Shown: positions 1 through 8,470 of the stretch, piece by piece
How the letters are laid out: each line of letters begins with the position of its first letter
How positions within the stretch are numbered: position 1 is the stretch's first letter
NCBI GenBank assembly: GCA_002428045.1
Contig: DIZZ01000281.1
Span: 1,634 to 65,633, forward strand
Length of the DNA stretch: 64,000 bases
Direction: 5' to 3'
Source: Verrucomicrobia bacterium UBA6015
GTDB taxonomy: Bacteria; Verrucomicrobiota; Kiritimatiellia; UBA8416
Position numbers and translations under genes: made by a program
Notes under the pieces: model-generated
The model's input: only the letters and a program-made list of their open reading frames with translations
What the model was told of the DNA's origin: nothing
Database searches by the model: none

Positions 1-672
1 CGGCTCCAGCTCAAGGGAGAGGGTGGATGCCCTTCATTGAACCGGGCTGCATCCCGTCCCCGCCCGTATCGCACGGTCGGGGCAAAGACGCGGTGTCCCG
101 CCGGGGCTGGTAGCGGCGCGTGGAAACGCGAGGCGAACGTCCCGGCGGGGCTTTTTGCGCCATACTGCCGGGCCAAACAACCTTTCGTTTGCAACGCGGA
201 AGCCGCGCTCGTGGCCCAGCCTTCGCCACAGCTTCGGCGGGCAAGCTGCGAGCGGGCTACAGGCTGGGAACAGGTTTCGTGTGCGAGGGTCATGCAGGTG
301 GGGCGTGATGCATCTCGGAGATATGCACCTACTGGGGATACCGTAGGCACGGATCTCCGAGACGTGTCGTTTTATTTGTGTGAATGGTGTGCTTGCGGAT
401 GTGATTTGCCGTATGTTGCCTGATCTTCCGCGACGCACTGATGCGAGTGCTGGTAGCGGGCGATTTGCGGGGCATACTTGCCTTCGTGCTTGCGCAGTTC
501 CGCAACCAGACGGTGTGTGTCGTTACCGACAGCGTGCGACATGCGGATGCGGCTTTCGCGGATCAGCTCCATGGGGTCGGTTTCCCGGGTCATGGCTCCA
601 TCCCTCCCATCAATTCGAGCGGGGTTGTCAATACAGGCGAGAATAGTCCGAGAATCGCATGGCAACGGTTGA

Positions 673-951
673 TTAGGGACAGGCTTCTGATTCTTCGGTG
701 CCGACGTCAAGGAGCGTGATTCTCCCCTGGTCGAGCGCGAGCAGCAGGATGATGCGGTGGCTGTAGGTCAGCGAGACGGCATGTTTGCCCTGAAGACGTC
801 CCTTGAGAGGGTGAAGGCGTAGGCGCGGGTGCGCGGGATCGGTCTCAAGCTGTTCGAGAACAGTTTGAAATTCGCTCTGGAGCGTTGGGTTCTTACGCAG
901 GAGGCGTCGAGCAGTGCGGGTGAAGGTTTGTGTCCATGTGAGCTGAACCAT
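673..951 (-). CDS. RelE/ParE-family type II toxin (92 aa)
   Basis: The C-terminal pattern HPLKGRLQGKHAVSLTYSHRIILL...RITLLDVGTEESEA is typical of RelE/ParE. It lies 6 nt downstream of a Phd-like ORF on the same strand, in a locally low-GC patch. Confidence 0.55.
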   Translation of the reverse strand: MVQLTWTQTFTRTARRLLRKNPTLQSEFQTVLEQLETDPAHPRLRLHPLKGRLQGKHAVSLTYSHRIILLLALDQGRITLLDVGTEESEACP

Positions 952-957
952 TACGAC

Positions 958-1212
958 CTACTCCGGTTCCAGGATATCGCGCATGAGATCGGCGGAACTG
1001 CCTGTTGTGAAGCGTCCGGCCTTGAGGTCAGCCTCGGAGGCTGCAACCCTGGCAAGGCTAAGGTCTTCAAGCATGTTTTGATAATCCTCCTCGCGCAAGA
1101 TCACAAATTCCGGACGATTGTTCCTGATGACATGGACGGGCGCATCCCTTGTCGGCAAATCGACAACTCCGATTCCGCAACGTTTGATTTCTTGTGCTGC
1201 AATGGTCAGCAT
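958..1212 (-). CDS. Phd/YefM-family antitoxin (84 aa)
   Basis: Typical Phd/YefM layout: an N-terminal ...PVHVIRNNRPEFVILREEDYQNMLEDLSL motif followed by a short acidic tail. It sits directly upstream of the RelE-like ORF, and an imperfect palindrome AGTACTAGATCAGGTACT lies in its upstream region (~1255-1272). Confidence 0.55.
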   Translation of the reverse strand: MLTIAAQEIKRCGIGVVDLPTRDAPVHVIRNNRPEFVILREEDYQNMLEDLSLARVAASEADLKAGRFTTGSSADLMRDILEPE

Positions 1213-1430
1213 GTTGCATCTCCCAAGTATTAATCAATGGCCTAAATATAGTACTAGATCAGGTACTTGTAAAGGTTTGATTTTTTCCGATCCAGACACG
1301 TTGCTATCCCCGTGAGCTTCTTTGAGGGGATGGTATGTGGTCAAGATCAGGGCACAAGCATAGGGCGCAAGATTAAGGTTGGTTAGCCATACGCGGCTCG
1401 GCGCAGCCTCACCCACTCGTTCCGGGGATC

Positions 1431-3140
1431 TTAGCGTGCGGTCACTTCGGCGATAATATCGGCGGGAATGCCCTTGGCCTGCAGACGGTGGGCGATGCGC
1501 TCGCGTTCATGAGTGGCGCAGCGGGCTTCGGCCTCCGTGGCATAGGGCTCGCCTGCGGTTTCGCGTATCACCGTTCGTTCCGGTTCACTGCCGTCGTCCA
1601 GGGATTCGATTCGATGCGCACCCAGGTTCCGCGTGATTGCCGAGAATTCGACGCCCACTAGGGTGATGGGGCGTCCGTCGTGGAGATATGGCTCGGCATA
1701 GCGCTTTTCGCGGATTTGCGCCATGGCCTCATCGACGGTGCCGTTGAGCTTGAACTCGAAGAGGATGATGCGGGATGCGGTCTTGACCACGGCATCTATG
1801 CGGCCGATGTTCGTGCTCACTTCCGTCTCGATGCTGACGCCGATGAGTTTGAAAACCGTGAAGAAGATCGTCTGGTAGTACTTTTCGTTATTGATTGAGA
1901 TCGTGTTAGGGATATTCGCAAAGAAACCTTTGAGCGTATCCAGCATGTCTGCCTGGCGATTTTCCCGAAGTGCAGCGATCATTCGTTGGAGGGAGCTGGT
2001 CACATCCTCCGGAGCCAGGTGGGTGAATCCCTGTGCCAGGCTGCGGCTGAAAGACAGTTCAATTTCACGGTTGGGGTAGCCCAGTGAATAGGTCAGTGCT
2101 CCCAGCGGACCCTCGGCATGTTTGATCGTCAGATAGCCGGTCTGAACCAGTAGCGGCAAGACCGAAAGATGTTCCGGATCGTAGGTGCCGAAGTCGGCCT
2201 CGTCGGCGGTCATCCCTGTTGGATCAATCGGCTTTTGCCGCAGCAGATCCACCAGGAACGTCGGTGTGCCGGTCTCGAACCAGTAGTTCTTGAATTTCTG
2301 CGTGTCAAAACACTTCATGACCGACACCGGGTTATAGACCGTCTGGGCGTTCTCTTCGAACCGGTAGCCGTTGTACCAGATGCGCAGTTCCTCGAGGGTT
2401 TCGGGGGTGGTCCGGCCGATGGCTCCGGCCAGTCGCGCGATGTAGTCGGGAAAGTTGGCCTCCAGTTCGTCCTGTGTGTAGCCCAGCAGGGTGGCGGTGC
2501 GCGGATCCATCGTCAGGTCGGTCAGGTTATTGAGATCGGAGAAGATCGAGACCTTGGTGAACTTGCTCACCCCGGTGAGAAAGGCGAAGCGCTGATTGGC
2601 TTCAGTGGTCTTGATCACGCTGTAGAATTGCTTGAGCACCGTCTGGATGGGTTTGGCCGATGGCTGACCTAGGTGGCCGAGCAGGGGTTTGTCGTACTCA
2701 TCAACCAGGATCACGACCTGCCCGTCGCGTTCGGCAAGCTGGCGGATCAAGGCCAGGAATCCAGCGGCTGCCGTCGTGGTTTCGATGTCCATCCGGTTCT
2801 GCTGAGCGTTGTAGCGGATTTCCTGCAGCAGTTTAGCCTCCAGCTCCTCGGGGGTCTGTGCCGCCGCGCTGCCCATATCCAGGTGAATCACGGGATAGGG
2901 TTTCCACACGTAATCGGTGGAGGCGATATGCAGCCCCTCGAAAAGCTCGCGCCGTCCCTGGAAGATCGCCTTAAGGGTGCTGATCAGCAGCGATTTGCCG
3001 AAGCGGCGCGGGCGGGCAAGGAAGTACTGGCCTCTGGGGGCACTGATCAGATCGGCAATGGCTGCTGTCTTATCGACGTATAGGAAGCACCCCTCGATCA
3101 GGTTGCTGAAGGTATAGACACTGGTGGTGATAGGTTTCAT
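1431..3140 (-). CDS. AAA-ATPase-like / PD-(D/E)XK nuclease family protein (DUF1703-type), copy 1
   Basis: The N-terminus YVDKT...RPRRFGKSLLIST (Walker-A-like RFGKS) and the ~570-aa length match predicted AAA-ATPase + PDDEXK_9 proteins. It is a paralogue of ORF 8471..10186, sharing YFVDKT/RPRRFGKSL. Start set at MKPITT (TATATA just upstream); the track ORF begins at a TTG further upstream. Confidence 0.7.
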   Translation of the reverse strand: MKPITTSVYTFSNLIEGCFLYVDKTAAIADLISAPRGQYFLARPRRFGKSLLISTLKAIFQGRRELFEGLHIASTDYVWKPYPVIHLDMGSAAAQTPEELEAKLLQEIRYNAQQNRMDIETTTAAAGFLALIRQLAERDGQVVILVDEYDKPLLGHLGQPSAKPIQTVLKQFYSVIKTTEANQRFAFLTGVSKFTKVSIFSDLNNLTDLTMDPRTATLLGYTQDELEANFPDYIARLAGAIGRTTPETLEELRIWYNGYRFEENAQTVYNPVSVMKCFDTQKFKNYWFETGTPTFLVDLLRQKPIDPTGMTADEADFGTYDPEHLSVLPLLVQTGYLTIKHAEGPLGALTYSLGYPNREIELSFSRSLAQGFTHLAPEDVTSSLQRMIAALRENRQADMLDTLKGFFANIPNTISINNEKYYQTIFFTVFKLIGVSIETEVSTNIGRIDAVVKTASRIILFEFKLNGTVDEAMAQIREKRYAEPYLHDGRPITLVGVEFSAITRNLGAHRIESLDDGSEPERTVIRETAGEPYATEAEARCATHERERIAHRLQAKGIPADIIAEVTAR

Positions 3141-3200
3141 GCATCGCAATATATAATGATCGCCACCCCTAGGCAAGGTGATTTCCCGAGAAGATGGCGT

Positions 3201-4430
3201 TCAGGCCGAGTTTGCGCGGGTTCGCGGGGTGCGTTGCCAAGTGCCTGCGAGGTTGCCGCGGCAGGCTTGGATGAAGCCCGTCATCAGGGCGGCTTGCATG
3301 GTGACGAAATGATCGGCGTGGCGGCAATACCGCACCAGGCTGGTGCGACTGGCGGCGGGAATCTCGCGCCAGAGGCGTCCGGCCATGGCGGCGGTCATGA
3401 GCAGAGTATGACCCAGGCAGATGACGGCTGCAAGACGCACCGTCCCGCCCCCCCCCAGCCCGGTCAGGCAGATGATGGCGGCCAGCGCGAGCAGGAGCAG
3501 CAGTATATGCGGGGTGAACCAGCGCAGGATCTTGTGCGACCAGAAGCTCCAGGCAAAATACCTGTACCGGGGATGCAGGCAGGCCTTGCATAGCAGGGCG
3601 GCCTGGTAATCGCCACGCCCGATGCGGACCCGGCGGGCCCATTCGTCGCGCAGTGCCGGTGCCTCCTCCTCGGCCACCGCCCCGGGTTCGTAATGCATGC
3701 GCCGTCCGGCTTCGCGCACTTTCATGCCGATGACGAAATCGTCCACGATGGTATTTTCCGGGATGTCCTGCCAGAAGCAGTCGGGCCGGATGGCGTAGAT
3801 CGCCCCGTTGGCACCGAGGCAGGAGTCGAGCGCGGATTCATGCCGCTTCAAGCGCGTCTCCAGATCCCAGTAAGCGGTCTCCTCATTGCCGGTAGCCCCC
3901 TTGAAAACCAGCCGGCCGCAGACGCCGCCGATCGCCGGGTCATGGAACGGGGCGATCAGGTGATGCAGCGTATCGCGCCGGAACCGGGTGTTGGCATCGG
4001 TAAAGACCAGCAGGCAGCGATCCTGGAACGGTGTTGGCATCTGTCCCACCTCCCGCACCAGATCGCGCAGCACGGCGGTCTTTCCCCGGTTGGTGTCGAA
4101 GGCATGGATCATGACCCGGGAATGCTCCCCGGCAGCGCGGCGGGCCTCGGCGACGGTGTTGTCGGTACAGCCATCCGTGCCCACAAGAACGGTCAGTCGA
4201 TCGGCGGGATAGTCGGTGTCGAAAAGATTGTGAATGCGTGCGGCAATCCCCTCGCCCTCGTTGAAGGCGGCGATCAGGATCACCAGATGGGGCTGGGGAA
4301 CCGCAGCCGCTTCACCGACCGGCGGCACTGGCATGGGGGGCCGCCGAGGGGGGCGCCAAAGCAGCAGGGGATAGATGCCCCAGGTGTAGGCGAGCACCCC
4401 CAGCAAGAGATAGATCAGGATGGCGATCAT
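3201..4430 (-). CDS. Family 2 glycosyltransferase (membrane, GT2)
   Basis: A hydrophobic N-terminus is followed by VILIAAFNEGEGI...LVGTDGCTDNT...FTDANTRF (GT-A DxD region) and C-terminal TM helices. Its ATG overlaps the stop of the upstream ORF (ATGA). Confidence 0.75.
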   Translation of the reverse strand: MIAILIYLLLGVLAYTWGIYPLLLWRPPRRPPMPVPPVGEAAAVPQPHLVILIAAFNEGEGIAARIHNLFDTDYPADRLTVLVGTDGCTDNTVAEARRAAGEHSRVMIHAFDTNRGKTAVLRDLVREVGQMPTPFQDRCLLVFTDANTRFRRDTLHHLIAPFHDPAIGGVCGRLVFKGATGNEETAYWDLETRLKRHESALDSCLGANGAIYAIRPDCFWQDIPENTIVDDFVIGMKVREAGRRMHYEPGAVAEEEAPALRDEWARRVRIGRGDYQAALLCKACLHPRYRYFAWSFWSHKILRWFTPHILLLLLALAAIICLTGLGGGGTVRLAAVICLGHTLLMTAAMAGRLWREIPAASRTSLVRYCRHADHFVTMQAALMTGFIQACRGNLAGTWQRTPRTRANSA

Positions 4431-6394
4431 GGCGTCTGGTAGATCCGGCCTTGGCGGTAATCGGCCCAGGCGGTTTCAAACCACAGGTTGCTATCGGGAA
4501 TCGGACGGCGCCTGACCCATCGGTGGCGGATCTTTCCGTTGTCCACGACCGTCTCCAGCACCTTGTCGCGGAAGTCCGGATTCTCGGCCTGGACACTCCA
4601 TTGCGCCTTGTCCAGTTGTGGGTGGACCGCCGTTCCTGCGGGATCGAGCACCATGGCCGATCCGCGACTGCCCACGCCGCTCTTGACCTGGTAGCGCAGG
4701 GCCGAAAGATAGATGTGATGGGCAAAACAGAGCTGACGGTTGCGCAGGGCCTGGATCTGCTGCGTCAGCGTGGTGGCCTGGCAGCCTTCCCGTTCGAGCC
4801 GATCAAGCTGCCGGCGAGCGTCGGACTCCGCCTTTTTGAGGCCGTCCAGCGAGCGGATATATGCCCCATAGGCGCTCATGCGCTGCTGGAGCTCGGCCCG
4901 GCATTTGCGCCAGTCCGTCGGCGCGGTGGTGCAGCGCTGGAGGAAGGCCGAAACGTCCTCGGCCGCGCGGCAGGCCACCGCACGGAAGGCCTCGGGATCG
5001 AGGTCGCTGCCCGCATAGCGGTTGGCGATGCATTCCGCCGCGCGGAAGCCGCCGACCTGGCCGCTGTTCAAGGCACTGCCGCCGGGGCGGGCCACGCCGT
5101 GCGAGCCGTTGACTTCGCCCACGGGGAAGAGATGCCGGATGTTCAGGGATTCCCACCAGGGGCTGGCGGCCAACCCGCCATTATTGTGCTGGGCGCAGAC
5201 CGCCACTTCCAGCATCTCCCGCGTGATGTCGATCCCGTGGTCGGCGTAGAGTGCGATGGCTCCCGGATTCATGTGGCGCAGCCGCTCGATGGGCGTGGCC
5301 TGGAAGGCTCCCGACTTCTCCAGGTATTCGTACGCCTCGCGCTGCAGCGCCGGGATGTCGAAATGCTGCGGGTTGGTGCGGAAATCCAGGAAGACCCTCC
5401 GCCCCTTCAAGGCCGTCTCGATATAGACCAGGATGTCGATGATCGAGGATCCCTCGATCTTCTTTGAATCGAACGGCCATTGGTAGCCCTTGAGAAAGAT
5501 CCTGCTGAAGAGCGCGGACGGATCCTCGAAATAGTCGTTCAGGAACTCGCGCGGGTCGCCGGTGCCGTTGGCATCGGTGGACACAAAACGCGGGATGACC
5601 TGCATATAGGTGCCCGAGACATTCCAGCGGAACTTGATCGAGGCCAGCCCGTACTGCGATTCGGGCAGGCTCTGGGCCCGGGCCCCGGCCTGCAGCGCCA
5701 GGCCGATCGCCCCGGTATGCACGACCGGATAAACGCTGGTCTGGTAAAGTCCGCCCGGCCCGCCAACGGCAAAGACGACATTCTCCGCCGCATACGCCAC
5801 TAACTTGCCTTCGGCATTGAGCGCCAGCGCCCCCGCCGCGCGCTTGCCGCCCTTTTCCATGACGGTGAGCAGGCTCACGGCATGGGTCTGCTCGTGGACC
5901 GGAATGCCGAGCCGTTTAACGTCGGCAATCAGCGCCCGGCACATATCGCGCGAGGTGTAGGGGCCGACCGAGGTTCCCCGGCGCGCCGGATCATGGTCCG
6001 TCTTGTAGCCGATGAACTGGCCATACGGATCCTGCGGGAACTTGACGCCGAGCTGGACGAGATGCAGGAAGGCGCGTCCGGAAACGGCCGCCTCGACCAG
6101 GGCCAGATCGCCATGCATGCTGCCCGGACTGAAGAAATTCCCCGCCATGGTCACCGGCGCATCCGCATCGGCCCCGCACATGTTGGTCTTGTAATAGGTC
6201 TGCTTGTCGCTGCCGGTGTTGATGGACGTTCCCATCCTGAGGCCTTCGGTGATGATCAGGACATCGCTGATGCCCTGATTCCGAAGTTGAACCGCCGCAT
6301 TCAGCCCGGCCGCCCCCGATCCGATGACCAGGGTATGTACGGGGATAATGTTGATCGACAGGTTGCGGTTGATTCGCAGCATGCGCGGTTTCAT
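4427..6394 (-). CDS. FAD-dependent oxidoreductase, fumarate reductase/succinate dehydrogenase flavoprotein-like (655 aa)
   Basis: N-terminal dinucleotide-binding motif VIGSGAAGLNAAVQL plus a flavoprotein-like central region (GxGG, AEGGA). Its stop overlaps the start of the GT2 gene. Confidence 0.6.
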   Translation of the reverse strand: MKPRMLRINRNLSINIIPVHTLVIGSGAAGLNAAVQLRNQGISDVLIITEGLRMGTSINTGSDKQTYYKTNMCGADADAPVTMAGNFFSPGSMHGDLALVEAAVSGRAFLHLVQLGVKFPQDPYGQFIGYKTDHDPARRGTSVGPYTSRDMCRALIADVKRLGIPVHEQTHAVSLLTVMEKGGKRAAGALALNAEGKLVAYAAENVVFAVGGPGGLYQTSVYPVVHTGAIGLALQAGARAQSLPESQYGLASIKFRWNVSGTYMQVIPRFVSTDANGTGDPREFLNDYFEDPSALFSRIFLKGYQWPFDSKKIEGSSIIDILVYIETALKGRRVFLDFRTNPQHFDIPALQREAYEYLEKSGAFQATPIERLRHMNPGAIALYADHGIDITREMLEVAVCAQHNNGGLAASPWWESLNIRHLFPVGEVNGSHGVARPGGSALNSGQVGGFRAAECIANRYAGSDLDPEAFRAVACRAAEDVSAFLQRCTTAPTDWRKCRAELQQRMSAYGAYIRSLDGLKKAESDARRQLDRLEREGCQATTLTQQIQALRNRQLCFAHHIYLSALRYQVKSGVGSRGSAMVLDPAGTAVHPQLDKAQWSVQAENPDFRDKVLETVVDNGKIRHRWVRRRPIPDSNLWFETAWADYRQGRIYQTP

Positions 6395-6404
6395 GGCATC
6401 CTCG

Positions 6405-7175
6405 CTAGAGCCGTGGCAGGGTCAGGCCCCCGTCCACCATGATCACCTGTCCCGTCGAGTAGAGGAATCCGCCAGCCGCCAGCGCGGCAACGGCACGACC
6501 GACATCGGCGGGGGTGCCCCAGCGCTTCTGCACGCAGAGCCCTTCGCTGATCAGCTTGTCGTACTTCTCCTTCACCCCGGCGGTCATGTCGGTGGCGATA
6601 ACGCCCGGCCGCACTTCATAAACCGGGATATCGAACTCGCCCAGGCGCACGGCCCAGAGCTGCGTCGCCATGCTCACGCCCGCCTTGGATAGGCAGTACT
6701 CCCCGCGGCTGGGCGAGGCGACCGTGGCGGAGATCGACGACACATTGATGATGCTGCCGCGCCAGGCCGGATTTGCCGCCTCCTGTTCAACCATCCAGCG
6801 GGCCACCGCCTGGGTCAGGAAATAGGGACCTTGCAGATTGGTGCGCATGACCTCCTCGAAGCTCGCCTCCGTCGCCTCCAGGATGTCCAGCCGCTGCCGC
6901 GGGGCAATGCCGGCGTTGTTCACCAGCACGTTAAGCCGTCCGTAATGCGACCGGATGGTGGTCAGCATCGCGGCGCGATCCCCCGGTTCAGCCACATTGC
7001 AGCGCACATACAGGACCTCGGCACCGAGCTTGCGCAGGCCCTGCAGCGTGTCGTCGACCGCTGCCGCCTCACGCATGCCGCAGAGAACCAGATCAAACCC
7101 ACCCTCGGCGAGGGACTGGGCGACGCCCAGTCCGATCCCGCGGGTGCCGCCCGTCACCAGTGCTACGTTTCTCAT
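6405..7175 (-). CDS. Short-chain dehydrogenase/reductase (SDR)
   Basis: ALVTGGTRGIGLGVA (TGxxxGxG), NNAG, and a catalytic S...YxxxK (YCLSKAG). Start set at MRNV, which overlaps the upstream stop (ATGA). Confidence 0.8.
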   Translation of the reverse strand: MRNVALVTGGTRGIGLGVAQSLAEGGFDLVLCGMREAAAVDDTLQGLRKLGAEVLYVRCNVAEPGDRAAMLTTIRSHYGRLNVLVNNAGIAPRQRLDILEATEASFEEVMRTNLQGPYFLTQAVARWMVEQEAANPAWRGSIINVSSISATVASPSRGEYCLSKAGVSMATQLWAVRLGEFDIPVYEVRPGVIATDMTAGVKEKYDKLISEGLCVQKRWGTPADVGRAVAALAAGGFLYSTGQVIMVDGGLTLPRL

Positions 7176-8353
7176 GCCTTCAGCTCCGGTACGTCCATCC
7201 ACTTGCCTTGCTTCCACGACTGCATGCCCAGCTCGGCGAGCTGCACACCCTTGGCCCCCTCAAGCAGCGAATAGGACCAGGGTTCGTCCAGGGCCACATG
7301 GCGGATGAACTGCTCCCACTGGATCTTGAATGCGTTATCGTAGGCGATGTTGTTCGGCACCGGCTGCCAGCCCTTGTAGAAATCGATCGGCTGGGCAATG
7401 TCCGGATTCCAGACCGGCTTGGGCGTTTCCGCCGCGCCCTGCACCCAGACTTCGCGCAGGCCGGCGACGGCCGATCCCTTTTCGCCATCGACCTGCACGG
7501 TCAGCAGGTCGTCGCGCCGTACCCGCGTGCACCAGGAGCTGTTGAACTGGGCCACTAGGCCCCCCTCCAGGATGAAGATGGCGTAGGCCGAATCATCGGC
7601 GGTACAGGCAAACGGGGTTCCGTCCTCGTGCCGCCGCTGGGCGATGTCGGTATTGCCATAGGCGACCACGCGCTTGACGGGAGCGAAGACATGATCCAGC
7701 ACATAGCGCCAGTGGCAGAACATATCGATCATCATACCGCCGCCATCCTCGGCGCGGTAGTTCCAGCTCGGCCGCTGGGCGGGTTGGTCCAGATCCATGC
7801 CGGTGAAGACCCAGTAGCCGAATTCACCGCGGATCGAGAGGATGCGTCCGAAGAAGCCGATCTCCTGCAGCATCTTGAGCTTGCGGAAGCCCGGCAGCCA
7901 GAGCTTGTCCTGCACGACGCCGTTCTTCAGGCCGGCCTTCTCGACCAGCCGTGACAGGCGCAGGGCCTCGCTGGATTCGACGGCGGTGGGCTTCTCACAG
8001 TAAATAGCCTTGCCCGCCTTGACGGCCCGCTCGACAAAACCGGCCCGCTGCAGCGTGCCCGAGGCATCGAAGAAAATATCGTATTGCCCGTACTTGCCAT
8101 CCAGTGCCCCTTGCAGGTCGGTGGTGTAGGCGAAAGGCTTGCCACAGGCGGGCATGCCGTAGGTCTCGGCCAGCGCCTTAAGCTTGTTCTCATTGCGTCC
8201 GGTCAGGATGGGGTCGGGCATCAGCGTCAAATCGCTGCCGATGCGGATGCCGCCCTGCTTGATGATCGCGGCGATGGAGCGGTCGAGGTGCTGGTTGGTG
8301 CCCATGCGCCCGGTGACGCCGTTCATAATGATGCCGATTCTGCGTGTTTCCAT
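7172..8353 (-). CDS. Gfo/Idh/MocA-family NAD(P)-dependent oxidoreductase
   Basis: N-terminal Rossmann RIGIIMNGVTGRMG, an EKP motif (CEKPTA) and a C-terminal alpha/beta domain. It is the first gene of a 4-gene co-directional, overlapping operon. Confidence 0.8.
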   Translation of the reverse strand: METRRIGIIMNGVTGRMGTNQHLDRSIAAIIKQGGIRIGSDLTLMPDPILTGRNENKLKALAETYGMPACGKPFAYTTDLQGALDGKYGQYDIFFDASGTLQRAGFVERAVKAGKAIYCEKPTAVESSEALRLSRLVEKAGLKNGVVQDKLWLPGFRKLKMLQEIGFFGRILSIRGEFGYWVFTGMDLDQPAQRPSWNYRAEDGGGMMIDMFCHWRYVLDHVFAPVKRVVAYGNTDIAQRRHEDGTPFACTADDSAYAIFILEGGLVAQFNSSWCTRVRRDDLLTVQVDGEKGSAVAGLREVWVQGAAETPKPVWNPDIAQPIDFYKGWQPVPNNIAYDNAFKIQWEQFIRHVALDEPWSYSLLEGAKGVQLAELGMQSWKQGKWMDVPELKA

Positions 8354-8470
8354 TGTGTGACTCCTTGGTAATGTAAATTTCAGAGATACATGCCTAACAA
8401 ATTTCCGTTCCTATTACACGCATAAAAAACGGGATCTTGTTGAAACCCGAATCCTTCGATTTGTGACCAA

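Noticed and set aside
60-160. tRNA gene or riboswitch at the left edge
   Set aside because: No GGTTCGAnTCC-like T-loop or D-arm pattern could be found. Only a long-loop GC stem + T-tract, more consistent with a terminator.
8354-8470. tRNA-like T-loop (AAACCCGAATCC) in the spacer between the Gfo operon and DUF1703 copy 2
   Set aside because: Only a partial match to GGTTCGAATCC with no acceptor or anticodon arms. It is better explained as a weak terminator (GGG...CCCGTTTTTT on the minus strand) after gene 8471..10186.
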